A stretch of 62,065 bases of DNA, counting the filler, from a bacterium (lineage in GTDB: Bacteria > JBDRGX01): the NCBI GenBank assembly GCA_043817485.1. It is 3 parts of 3 records of this genome, joined end to end, with 100 filler letters (N's around TTAATTAATTAA, not from the genome) between each part and the next. Parts side by side here need not be neighbours in the genome. Positions count along the whole stretch, not along the records: positions 1 to 22,885 come from JBDRGX010000102.1; positions 22,986 to 41,872 come from JBDRGX010000104.1; 1 more part is not named here. One strand, written 5' to 3'. Below the pieces are notes generated by a model. It was given only the letters and a program-made list of their open reading frames with translations. It was not told the origin of the DNA and ran no database searches. A program made the position numbers and the translations under genes. Of the stretch, positions 20,629-30,051 are shown piece after piece; the stretch's first letter is position 1; the number at the start of each line of letters is the position of its first letter.

Positions 20629-20799
20629 ATGTTTAGTAAAGATTTATTAGATATTTTAGCTTGTCCTCTATGTAAAGAAAGTGTTGAAATAAATCAGGAA
20701 GAAACATTTCTTACTTGTATTAAATGTAAAAGAAAATATCCTATTCGTGAAGGTATTCCAGTAATGTTAATAGATGAAGCAATTATAGAAGAAAATAAT
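20629..20799 (+). CDS. Trm112/YcaR (UPF0434) family protein, 56 aa, absent from the ORF track
   Basis: Manual translation: MFSKDLLDILACPLCK...LTCIKCKRKYPIREGIPVMLIDEA; GAGGG RBS. Confidence 0.9.
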
Positions 20800-20863
20800 A
20801 AATAAAAGTTTAATTAAATTGCATAAATTTTTACCTAATATGTAAAAAAGGAGATGATAAAAA

Positions 20864-21181
20864 ATGTTTGCTATTGTTGAATGTGGAGGAAAACAATATA
20901 AAGTAGTTCAAGGAACTTTTTTAAAAGTAGAAAAACTTGAAGTAAATCCAAAAGAAGAATATTGTTTGGATAAAGTATTATTAATTTCAGATGATGAAAA
21001 AATTCAAGTTGGACAACCTTTTATTCCTAACGCAAAAGTAATTTGTGAAGTAGTAAATCAAACTAAAGATAAAAAAGTGGTTATTTTTAAATATAAACCT
21101 AAAAAAGGCTTTAGAAATAAAACTGGACATAGACAACCTAAAACAGGATTAAAAGTAAAAGAAATTAAAATTGAACAATAA
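20864..21181 (+). CDS. rplU: 50S ribosomal protein L21
   Basis: MFAIVECGGKQYKV, KTGHRQ. Confidence 0.97.
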   Translation: MFAIVECGGKQYKVVQGTFLKVEKLEVNPKEEYCLDKVLLISDDEKIQVGQPFIPNAKVICEVVNQTKDKKVVIFKYKPKKGFRNKTGHRQPKTGLKVKEIKIEQ

Positions 21182-21236
21182 TAGACTTGGTGCGAAATAA
21201 GCGATAACCAATTTGAATTAATGGAGGGTTTTAAAA

Positions 21237-21491
21237 ATGGCGCATAAAAAAGGACAAGGTAGTACTTCAAATAATAGAAATAGTGCTGGTCGTAGATTAG
21301 GAATGAAAGCAGGAGATGGAGAACTTGTTTCTGGTGGTTCTATTATTGTTCGACAAAGAGGTACTCCAATTTATCCAGGAATAAATGTTGGAAAAGGTAG
21401 TGATGATACTTTATTTGCTAAAATACCGGGTTATGTAAAATTTGAACAAAAGGGAAATAAAAAAAGAGTTAGTATTTATGTTTCTAGATAA
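21237..21491 (+). CDS. rpmA: 50S ribosomal protein L27
   Basis: [24 protein letters not shown]; no N-terminal extension and no prp gene between rplU and rpmA. Confidence 0.97.
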   Translation: MAHKKGQGSTSNNRNSAGRRLGMKAGDGELVSGGSIIVRQRGTPIYPGINVGKGSDDTLFAKIPGYVKFEQKGNKKRVSIYVSR

Positions 21492-22737
21492 AACAAAAAT
21501 TTTAGTTGTTTCTGGACATGGAGGAAATGGGTGTATTAGTTTTAGACGAGAAAAATATATTCCCTATGGTGGACCTAATGGAGGAGATGGAGGAAAAGGT
21601 GGTAATATTATTCTTAAAAGCGAATCAAACATAGGAAGCTTAAGAGATTTTATTCATAAAAAAACTTTTCGAGCCCAAAAAGGACAAAATGGACAAGGCC
21701 AAAATAAACATGGAAAAAATGGTGAAGATCTTATTATAAATATTCCATTAGGAACAATAGTAAAAAATTCTACTACAAATGAAATAATTGCTGATTTTGT
21801 CAAACCTAATCAAGAAGTTATTATATGTAAAAGTGGTATTGGAGGAAAAGGTAATCAACGATTTTCTTCTTCTACTAATCAAGCCCCACGAATAGCAGAA
21901 AAAGGCGAACCAGGCCATGAATTAGAAGTTATTTTAGAATTAAAAATAATTGCTGATATTGGATTAATAGGTATGCCTAATGCAGGAAAATCTACTTTTT
22001 TATCCCAAATTTCTAATGCTAAACCCAAAATTGCTAGCTATCCTTTTACAACTCTTTCTCCTAACATTGGTATTGTAGAATATAAGGAAACTATTATTAG
22101 AATAGCAGATATTCCAGGTCTTATTGAGGGAGCACATAAAGGGATAGGATTAGGCATAGATTTCTTACGACATATTGAAAGAACAAAAGTATTAGTTTAT
22201 ATCATTGATTTAAGTAATGTAGATTTATCTGATCCTTTAAAAGATTTTAATATTATAAAAGAAGAAATAAAAGCATATAATCCTTTACTTTTAAAAAAAC
22301 CATCTATTTTAATAGGAAATAAAATAGATTTAGATGAAACACAAAAAAAATATGAAAAAATTAAAGAAATTTATCCGATATATCCTATTTCAGCATTAAC
22401 TAAACAAGGATGTAAAGAACTAATTCCTTTGTTAAAAGAACTTTTAGAAAAAATAAAAACAGAAAAAATATCAGAAAAACAAGAACCTTATAAATATACT
22501 TATGAACCACCTTTTGTCATAAAAAAACAAAAAAATACATTTTTCGTAAATGGTCAAAAAATAAAAAGAATTGTTTCAATGACAAATTTAGAAAATCCTC
22601 AAGCAATTATAAGATTACATAATATTTTTAAAAAAGAAGGAATTATAAAAATTTTAAAAAAAATGGGAATTAAACAAGGAGAAATGATTAATATAGAAAA
22701 TTATAAAATTGAATGGGATTCAGAAAAATTTTCATAA
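21478..22737 (+). CDS. obgE: GTPase ObgE/CgtA
   Basis: [40 protein letters not shown]-terminal domain present; start MFLDK at 21478. Confidence 0.96.
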   Translation: MFLDKTKILVVSGHGGNGCISFRREKYIPYGGPNGGDGGKGGNIILKSESNIGSLRDFIHKKTFRAQKGQNGQGQNKHGKNGEDLIINIPLGTIVKNSTTNEIIADFVKPNQEVIICKSGIGGKGNQRFSSSTNQAPRIAEKGEPGHELEVILELKIIADIGLIGMPNAGKSTFLSQISNAKPKIASYPFTTLSPNIGIVEYKETIIRIADIPGLIEGAHKGIGLGIDFLRHIERTKVLVYIIDLSNVDLSDPLKDFNIIKEEIKAYNPLLLKKPSILIGNKIDLDETQKKYEKIKEIYPIYPISALTKQGCKELIPLLKELLEKIKTEKISEKQEPYKYTYEPPFVIKKQKNTFFVNGQKIKRIVSMTNLENPQAIIRLHNIFKKEGIIKILKKMGIKQGEMINIENYKIEWDSEKFS

Positions 22738-22760
22738 TTTCATAAAAATTAAAAAATAAA

Positions 22761-22885
22761 ATGGAAAAATTTTTAAAAAAAATATTATTTTATAAAAAAA
22801 AAGAAATCATAGAAAAAAAAAAGAAAATTACTATATTTTCTTTAAAAAAGAAAATCACAAATACACTTCCCTCCAATTTCAAAGA
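22761..22885 (+). CDS. Partial gene at contig end, possibly indole-3-glycerol phosphate synthase (TrpC) N-terminus
   Basis: MEKFLKKILFYKKKEIIEKKKKI...NFK resembles the first TrpC helix; truncated by the gap. Confidence 0.4.
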
Positions 22886-22985
22886 NNNNNNNNNNNNNNN
22901 NNNNNNNNNNNNNNNNNNNNNNNNNNNNNTTAATTAATTAANNNNNNNNNNNNNNNNNNNNNNNNNNNNNNNNNNNNNNNNNNNN
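22886..22985. other. Artificial contig-joining linker
   Basis: 44 N + TTAATTAATTAA (stops in all six frames) + 44 N. Confidence 0.97.
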
Positions 22986-23087
22986 AGGTTCAAAAGGAGC
23001 TGTTTTATTTTTTTTACTACAGCTAATAAATATAAATCCTAATAAAATAATAATATTTAATTTTAAAAAAATTTGTTTAATTAACAT
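22986..23087 (-). CDS. Partial lipoprotein, N-terminus only
   Basis: MLIKQIFLKLNIIILLGFIFISCSKK with lipobox-like FISC; GAGG RBS; runs into the gap. Confidence 0.6.
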
Positions 23088-23118
23088 TTTTGATAACCTC
23101 TTTTATTTTGTGTTATTT

Positions 23119-23562
23119 TTACAAAGGGGAAAATTCATTTGATTTTTCTTCTCCCATAAATTGACAAATAATTTCCCTTTGTCTTTCTATATTATCAAAC
23201 TCTATAAAAATTATTTTTTGCCAAATACCTAATTGTAATTTATTATTAATAAAAGGAATAGTCAATGAAGGCCCAATAAAAGATGCTCTTATATGAGAAT
23301 GTCCATTACCATCTTTATATCTTAAATTATGTTGATATTCTTTTGCTTCTGGAATTATTGTATCTATAATATCTTTAAAATCTTGAATAACTCCAGGTTC
23401 ATATTCTATTGTAGTTAAACTTCCAGTTGCTCCTGGAATAAAAATATTTACAATTCCATTAGACATTTTTACATCTTCTAATTTTTCTTTTACTATATCT
23501 GTAATATCAATAATATCTATATTTCCTTTTGTATTTAATTTGATATATTTAGTAAGTACCAT
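23119..23562 (-). CDS. yjbQ: YjbQ/UPF0047 family (secondary thiamine-phosphate synthase)
   Basis: IIDIT, NGHSHIRAS, LGIWQKI..EFD. Confidence 0.9.
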   Translation of the reverse strand: MVLTKYIKLNTKGNIDIIDITDIVKEKLEDVKMSNGIVNIFIPGATGSLTTIEYEPGVIQDFKDIIDTIIPEAKEYQHNLRYKDGNGHSHIRASFIGPSLTIPFINNKLQLGIWQKIIFIEFDNIERQREIICQFMGEEKSNEFSPL

Positions 23563-23605
23563 TTTTTTCCCCTTTACTATATTAAAATTATTTCATTTTT
23601 AAAAA

Positions 23606-25741
23606 TTATCCTGATTTTGATATCTTAGAAAAATCTGCAAATTTTAAAAATTCAGAAGATAATTTTGTTAAAAGCCCTAACCTATTATTTTTTAATTTTT
23701 CATCTTCTACCATTACTAACACATTATTAAAAAAAGTATCTATTGGTTTTTTTAAAGAAAAAAATAATTCCATTAAACTAAAATAATTTTCGCAAATTAA
23801 ATTTTTTTCTAAATCTTGTTTGATACTTTCAAATTGTTCATAAAGCGATTTTTCTGCTGGTTCTTCAAGTAAATTAACATCAAATCCTTGATATTTTTTC
23901 CCATTTAAAATATTAAACACTCGAGAAAATGAAACTATAATTTCTTGAAAATCTTTTTCATTTTTTACTTTATCAAGGTAATTTATTTTATTCCAAATAA
24001 TTACTATATTCTCTATTTTGTCTAAAAGAACTGATCTTACTATATCATAAGAAAAATTTTCTTCTAAAAATAATCTAAATCTTTCTAATAAAAATTTATT
24101 TAAGTTATTTAACAAATTTTCTGATGGGATTTTTATTTTTTCTTTATATGTTTCAATACTTTCCTCTAAAAAAGAATAAACATTTATTTTAATTTTTTTT
24201 TCTAATATTACTTCTATAATTGCTCTTGCATATCTTCTACAACCATAAGGATCTTCAGTGCCAGTAGGAATAAATCCAGCAATAAAACATCCAACAAGAG
24301 AATCTATTTTATCTAAAATACTTACAATTGCAGAAGAAAAATAAGAAGGAAGTTTATCATTAGTAAATCGTGGTAAATAATGTTCAAAAATTCCATTTGC
24401 TATTTCTTCATCTATTTTGAAAAAAATTGCATACTCTCGTCCAATAATTCCTTGAAGTTTAGAAAATTCTTTTTCTGTAATCATTGTTGTAGTAAGATCT
24501 AATTTACAAAGTTTAATTAATTCTTTTACTTTTTCAGATAAAAACATATTTTCAGTTTCTTGCAAAAACCATACAGAAAGGTTTTCCATTCTTTTTATTT
24601 TTTCTTCAATAGTTCCTAATTTTTCTAACCAAACAATGTTTTTTAATTTTTCTTCTCTTTCTTTAAAAGGAATTTCAATATCTTTTTGAAAATAAAAATC
24701 TGCATCAGAAAGTCTCGCTTCTAATACCCTTTCATTTCCTTGACGAATTATATCTAAATAAGTAGTATCATTATTTACTATAGAAATAAAATAAGGTTTT
24801 AAATTATTATTTTCATCAATTACACTAAAATATTGTTGATATTCTTCAAGACAAGTAACAATAATATCTTTAGGCAAAGAAAGATATTTTTCTTGAAAAT
24901 TTCCTAATAAAGCAGATGGATATTCAGTAAGAAAAGTAGTTGTATTTAATAAATCTTCATTTAATAAAATTTTACCATTTATTTGATTTACTATTTCTTG
25001 TATTGATTTTTTAATAATATTTTTTCTTTGATTTTGATCTATTATTACAAAAGCATTTTTTAATTTTTCAAAATATTCATCAGAAGAATTTAAAAATATT
25101 TTTTGATTATTAGATAAAAATCTATGACCATAAGAATAATTACTTGATTCAATCTCCCCTATTTTAAAATTTATAATTTCATTTTCTAATAAACATAATA
25201 TCCAACGAATTGGTCTAGCAAATTTAATATTTTTTGCTTCCCATCTCATTAATTTAGGAAATTTTAATGAAGAAATTAATTGAGGTAAAACAATTTTTAA
25301 TATTTCATTTGTATTTTTTTCTTCTTTTTCTCCACCAGCAAAAATATATTTATTATTTAAAAAACCATCTTTTATATTTTCTAAATTTACATTTCTATAT
25401 TTTTCACCTTGTTCATAAACTCCAATATATATTGTATTTTCTTTAAATTTTTCAGCAAATTTATGAAAAGGAATTTGTTGTTCACTTTTTTCATTATAAG
25501 CAAATTTAACTGCTGGGCCTTTAATAAATATAACCTTTTCTTTTTGTTTATTTGGTAAATTTTTTATAAAAACAACTAACCTACGAGGAGTTGCCTTAAC
25601 AGAAATATCAATATCATCATTATAAAGTCTATTATCTTCTAACATTTTTTTTATGAGATTTTCTAATTGAAAAATAGCTGATTCAATATAACTAACAGGT
25701 AATTCTTCAACACCTATTTCTAATAAAAAATTTTGTTGCAT
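23606..25741 (-). CDS. glyS: Glycine--tRNA ligase beta subunit
   Basis: FLLEIGVEELP, TPRRL, FARPIRWI, GNERVLEARLSDA, PTGTEDPYG, FFNNVLVM..NNRL. Confidence 0.95.
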   Translation of the reverse strand: MQQNFLLEIGVEELPVSYIESAIFQLENLIKKMLEDNRLYNDDIDISVKATPRRLVVFIKNLPNKQKEKVIFIKGPAVKFAYNEKSEQQIPFHKFAEKFKENTIYIGVYEQGEKYRNVNLENIKDGFLNNKYIFAGGEKEEKNTNEILKIVLPQLISSLKFPKLMRWEAKNIKFARPIRWILCLLENEIINFKIGEIESSNYSYGHRFLSNNQKIFLNSSDEYFEKLKNAFVIIDQNQRKNIIKKSIQEIVNQINGKILLNEDLLNTTTFLTEYPSALLGNFQEKYLSLPKDIIVTCLEEYQQYFSVIDENNNLKPYFISIVNNDTTYLDIIRQGNERVLEARLSDADFYFQKDIEIPFKEREEKLKNIVWLEKLGTIEEKIKRMENLSVWFLQETENMFLSEKVKELIKLCKLDLTTTMITEKEFSKLQGIIGREYAIFFKIDEEIANGIFEHYLPRFTNDKLPSYFSSAIVSILDKIDSLVGCFIAGFIPTGTEDPYGCRRYARAIIEVILEKKIKINVYSFLEESIETYKEKIKIPSENLLNNLNKFLLERFRLFLEENFSYDIVRSVLLDKIENIVIIWNKINYLDKVKNEKDFQEIIVSFSRVFNILNGKKYQGFDVNLLEEPAEKSLYEQFESIKQDLEKNLICENYFSLMELFFSLKKPIDTFFNNVLVMVEDEKLKNNRLGLLTKLSSEFLKFADFSKISKSG

Positions 25742-25793
25742 AAATATTTAATAACCTCTTTTATTTAAAATTTATTTTCCCTAAAACACCAAG

Positions 25794-26015
25794 TTAAAAA
25801 AATCGCCCTAACTTTATATATTCAAGATTAATATTAACAATTAAATTATTTGCTTTTAATTCAAATTTAGCGTCTTCAAACTTTGGAGGCCCAAATTTTC
25901 CTTTGGCATCATTTGAGGCACCATATCCTTCTTTCGGAATCTTTAATAAGTTTGAATCCATTTCGCCATTCATATTCTCATCATGAAAAACCCCAATAGC
26001 ATAAACTCCAAGTGG
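25794..26015 (-). pseudogene. C-terminal fragment of a DUF2141-like protein
   Basis: Manual translation PLGVYAIGVFHDENMNGEMDSNLLKIPKEGYGASNDAKGKFGPPKFEDAKF; in-frame stops upstream, N-terminus missing. Confidence 0.7.
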
Positions 26016-26066
26016 TTTTCAAGCTTTCTAATTGTCCGACTGCACCACTTCAAATGTCATAAACCA

Positions 26067-27812
26067 TTAACGAATGTTTTTAATATCCTCAAAAAGAGTG
26101 TCACTTTCCATAATTCCTTTTACTGAATTAAAATCAATTTTCGATTTAGACTTTTTAAAATAGGCATTAAAGGAAAATGTTTTACCAGCTACTTTGTGAG
26201 CAGCTTTATCGTTTTCAACAATTGTGTTAATTGTTTCTAATGTATCTAAATAAGCCTTATTTAGAATTTCTGTATCAGAATATTTCTCTAACTGAGTTCC
26301 TATGTATTTATAAATACCATAGCTTATTAATTCGTCAGCATATACTAAAAATTCATTTTTTTCTAAATTAATTTTCTTGTGCTGTTGCACATATCTATAA
26401 ATATAATAAGCACTAAGTAATTGTTTATAAATCGCTGAATTATTGTTACCATCGAATAATTTTTCTAAAGGATGTTGCTCAACTGTCGATGCATCAAATA
26501 TTGTTTGCAACACATTAGCTATGCTATTTTTTGCAGTGTGAGGCTCTTCATGAAAAGTAGCATACCAAAATTTAATTACTGTCTCACTATTAACCTCTTC
26601 TAAGTAATTACCTTTATCCCGAGAGAATATCTCCCCTCGTTTAGTAATATAACAAATTCCTGAATTGCTGAAAACTTCTTTTGTCAATATATTAAAGTTT
26701 TTGGTACTTATTTTATCCCGATAATTAATAGGAGTTTGTGTGTTGGTTGCATCGGTTATTTTTTCAATCAACTCCTTGTCTTTTGTTTCATAAACCCTTA
26801 TATTGACAAATACATCTTTTAATACATCAATATTTTTTTTATAATTATCATACAATACCCAGCTTGTCTGTAACCCATTTACAATTTGTGGATTTTTTAC
26901 AGGTAGTACATAACTGTCATTTTGTGGTTGCTTTGGTATCTTTAATTCTTCACAAATAAGGGTTATGCCATTATTCAGGAATGAAAAATAAACAGAATCA
27001 TCCCTCTTATTAAGAGTTTCATTCATGCGTTTATTTGCCCGTACCTTGACTCCTAAATAAGAGCGAATATTTTCCTCAAACAGTGAATCAATGCTGCCAT
27101 TAATTTTTCTTTCTTCATCCATTAAATAACAAATTTCAATAGCTCTTATTCTAAAATTTGCTGACCTTATATCTTGTATGGCATAAGTATATAGACCTTG
27201 TTTGTCTAATGCTGAAATATTAGATTCTTCAGGATGAAAGGTAAAATTAACTAACTTTCTTTTTTGCCTGGCTATATTAGTAATCTTACCATATAAATCG
27301 TCGTTATCAATGATATAAAAATCATTATCAGGGTCATTATAAGTATCGAAAATATTTTTGTTGCTTGAATAATTTTCATCTTGCTTAAGACCATTAAACA
27401 CAAAATACAATTTAGAATCAATAATTATTCCTTGATTAGAAATTTGCTTATATTCATCAATCCATCTTTTTAAGTCTTCTATGTTCTGCTTACCTATTTT
27501 ATTTCCATCAGTGAATATATCCTTAAAATCATTTCTGAATTTATTAACTTCATTAGCAGATAGTGCTGGTTTATTTTTACATTGAAATACATGCATTACA
27601 TAATAATCACCTTGGTCTTGCAACCAAATTCCGTCAAATCCTCCATCGTTATAACCTATAACTTGTATGTTATCAAAAATCTCTTGAAAAGGTTTATCTA
27701 AAAATGCAGCAATAGAAAATAATTCAAATGCCTCATCTTTTGATTGTTTATACTGCTTGGATAATCTGTCTAAATATCCATTTATAAAAAGTTCTTTATT
27801 GTTCATATCCAT
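26067..27812 (-). CDS. AIPR family protein (putative abortive infection phage resistance)
   Basis: N-terminal DGGFDG..FQCK nuclease-like motif; LFEENIRSYLG, FLNNGITL, PQIVNGLQT, ATNTQ. Confidence 0.88.
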   Translation of the reverse strand: MDMNNKELFINGYLDRLSKQYKQSKDEAFELFSIAAFLDKPFQEIFDNIQVIGYNDGGFDGIWLQDQGDYYVMHVFQCKNKPALSANEVNKFRNDFKDIFTDGNKIGKQNIEDLKRWIDEYKQISNQGIIIDSKLYFVFNGLKQDENYSSNKNIFDTYNDPDNDFYIIDNDDLYGKITNIARQKRKLVNFTFHPEESNISALDKQGLYTYAIQDIRSANFRIRAIEICYLMDEERKINGSIDSLFEENIRSYLGVKVRANKRMNETLNKRDDSVYFSFLNNGITLICEELKIPKQPQNDSYVLPVKNPQIVNGLQTSWVLYDNYKKNIDVLKDVFVNIRVYETKDKELIEKITDATNTQTPINYRDKISTKNFNILTKEVFSNSGICYITKRGEIFSRDKGNYLEEVNSETVIKFWYATFHEEPHTAKNSIANVLQTIFDASTVEQHPLEKLFDGNNNSAIYKQLLSAYYIYRYVQQHKKINLEKNEFLVYADELISYGIYKYIGTQLEKYSDTEILNKAYLDTLETINTIVENDKAAHKVAGKTFSFNAYFKKSKSKIDFNSVKGIMESDTLFEDIKNIR

Positions 27813-27846
27813 ATTATCCTTGTTACCGTCTCAAAATATTCGTAAT

Positions 27847-29119
27847 GAGACTGTGTCGTAATTAGAAAAAACCGATTTTAAAAAATTTAATAAAGCAAAA
27901 ATTAAAACAAAATCCAAAATTATTTTGTAGATAATTTTAAAAATGTTACAAAGTCATTACAAAATACATTTTTGATAACAGTTAGGTATAGAAACATTGG
28001 TTTTCTTGTTTCTACATACTTGTAAGTTTCTCAATGAGTCCTATAACCCCAAATATTGTAATCATTCTGGCTATATTAAAGCAACTTGAAAACAACGACA
28101 TCTCTGCTTTAACACCACCCAGCCCTTTAAGTAAAAATGAATTTACTCCAAGATTTCGTTTAATATGTCCAAATGGAAGTTCAACTTTTTGCTTTCGCAA
28201 TTTGAAAATTTTCTGAGATTCCTCTGATAAATACTGCTTTTCAATTTTAAGTTTTACATTTTCTTTAGCAAGACGCTCTATTGTTCTACCTCTTTTTGCT
28301 TTTGTGCAAATTCCAAAGTATTTACAGGAAAGACAAGTGGATGAATTTGGAAATCTGTATATTTTAACCTTTCTTTGTGCACGAAAATAACTGTGTGAAA
28401 GTTTGTGTCCTTCGGGACAAATATAACAATCTTCTTTTTCATTATATTGAAATCGTTCTTTGTTAAATGGTTGAATCTCTTTACCACTGGCCTGTTTTGT
28501 TGATGGAACTACAATATTAATATTTTTAGCATCAATCTTTGATAAGTCATTCGTGGCAAAATATCCACTATCAGCACAAGCATTTTTATATTTTTTTTTG
28601 AGTGTTTCGTTTGCTTGTTCAATTCTGATTACAAACTAATTTACATCATTGTTTTCATTAACAACCTCATCATTAACTATAAGTCCGTGTTTCTCATCAA
28701 CTACTATTTGTGCATTGTAGTCTGCATGCGTTCCCTGACGACCTTCTTTAACACATTCAGAATCTGTAGAATTGATTGATGTTAGGTCTTTTGCTTTAAG
28801 GTCATTCATAATATCTTTTACTTTTGATTTAAGTGTTTCTTTATTTTGAAGTTCTTTTAAATTAAGTGCTTCTACAAATGCATCATACACTCGCACTGGA
28901 TCATTTTTTGTCACATATTCTTCAACGAGACCGTGTCTCAATGCTTGATGAAAATAAATTCGATTGAGAACGATTCCCACACTTGTATGCCATGATATTA
29001 TCTCCTTTTGTTTTTTTATTTATTACAAAAGCATTATATCATATTTTTATTGTTTTTTAGCAACTTTTTTTTCATAAATATTTTAATAAAACATTTTTAT
29101 GTAATTACGACACATTTCT
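27847..29119 (-). mobile_element. Decayed IS1182-family insertion sequence
   Basis: Right end GAGACTGTGTCGTAATT at 27847; inverted AATTACGACACATTTCT at 29103-29119; transposase fragments between them. Confidence 0.85.
28012..28993 (-). pseudogene. IS1182-family transposase, frameshifted and internally deleted
   Basis: Start MAYKCGNRSQ with AAGGAG RBS; EEYVTKNDPVRVYDAFV; STDSEC..YNAQIVVD; RKQKVELPFGHIKRNLG. Confidence 0.85.
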
Positions 29120-29280
29120 ATTTCGGGGCTCAATACATTCACTTGCGTTGCAACCCGATATTTCCCTCTTCCCAGTATCACATCACTTGTTACCAAATGC
29201 TATGTGGAATTTGGTATTGGGCGGTAGCTAACCTTTACCCAAGTTGGACTTCCTACCTGTTGACAGACAGGTCACCAACA
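29120..29280 (-). mobile_element. Degenerate 5' (domain I) fragment of a group II intron
   Basis: Minus strand reads GGTGA[20-bp insert]AAGTCC..GGGTAAAGGTTAGC..GGTAAC..GCAACGCAAGTGAA..TTGAGCCCCGAAAT; motif order recalled from bacterial group II intron domain I; no RT or domain V present. Confidence 0.5.
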
Positions 29281-29384
29281 AGAATTAATACGCTTCTCGA
29301 TACATACGAATTTTCAAAATCCAAAACAAATTCGAATTTGGTAATTTGCAACATTTTATTTTTAATTGCAATTTGATATTAATA

Positions 29385-29930
29385 TTATTCCACTGATTTT
29401 GCTGTCCAATCAGGAATGCTAAACTCAGATCCACCAATATGAAGCAAAGGTTTTGCCTGAATAGCTTGATATTTATTGTCCTTCCACCATTCATCCCTTA
29501 CCTGTGAATACAAAACTCGTCCAACTACCAGAACATGATCACCTATTTCTTTTTCAAACTCAAGTCTACATTCAATCCAACCAAAACATTCACTAATTCT
29601 GGGAACAGAAACCTTTTTTGCTGGCTCTTCAGTAAATCCCACTTCTTTAATTTCTGATACTCCTTTAGGATATGGTTTAGCACACTGCCACATTTGATCA
29701 ATTATTTCTTCAGACGGAATATTAAGAATAAACTCCTTTGTTTCCCTTATATTTGCTAAGGTATGGCGTTTTAATGCTGAAGCAAAGCCAACCATGGCTG
29801 GTTGACATGATATAGGCATAACAAAAGAATAGGGAGCAGCGTTTGAAATCCCTTGAGCATCTATGGTTGAAATCAAAACTACTGGTCTTGGACTGAGAAT
29901 TTTATACCAATTTTTTAATTCTAATTCCAT
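29385..29930 (-). CDS. Flavin reductase family (flavoredoxin-like) protein
   Basis: PRPVVLIST, NAAPYSF, HTLANIRETKEF, PRISEC..IECRL, GDH. Confidence 0.9.
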   Translation of the reverse strand: MELELKNWYKILSPRPVVLISTIDAQGISNAAPYSFVMPISCQPAMVGFASALKRHTLANIRETKEFILNIPSEEIIDQMWQCAKPYPKGVSEIKEVGFTEEPAKKVSVPRISECFGWIECRLEFEKEIGDHVLVVGRVLYSQVRDEWWKDNKYQAIQAKPLLHIGGSEFSIPDWTAKSVE

Positions 29931-30051
29931 TTTTACCTCTTTTGTTTATCAATTTTAATTTTATAACAACTATAAAATTAAAATGCTTTTATTGATTTTT
30001 TAAATCATTTTTTATTTTGCAAAATTCTATAAAATTTAGTAATTTTATGTT

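Noticed and set aside
22886-22985. TTAATTAATTAA palindrome within Ns (also 41873-41972)
   Set aside because: Identical 44N-12-44N structure twice: an artificial six-frame-stop contig linker, so adjacency across it carries no biological meaning
25794-25815. GTTAGGG as a possible integron attC core site
   Set aside because: No matching inverse core, no paired stem and no integron integrase in the window
28278-28487. 69-aa ORF as an independent gene
   Set aside because: Lies inside the decayed IS1182 transposase region
29008-29494. ORFs 29008-29376 (+) and 29285-29494 (-)
   Set aside because: They cross the IS end, the intron-like relic and the heptad repeat; better explained as chance frames in non-coding relics
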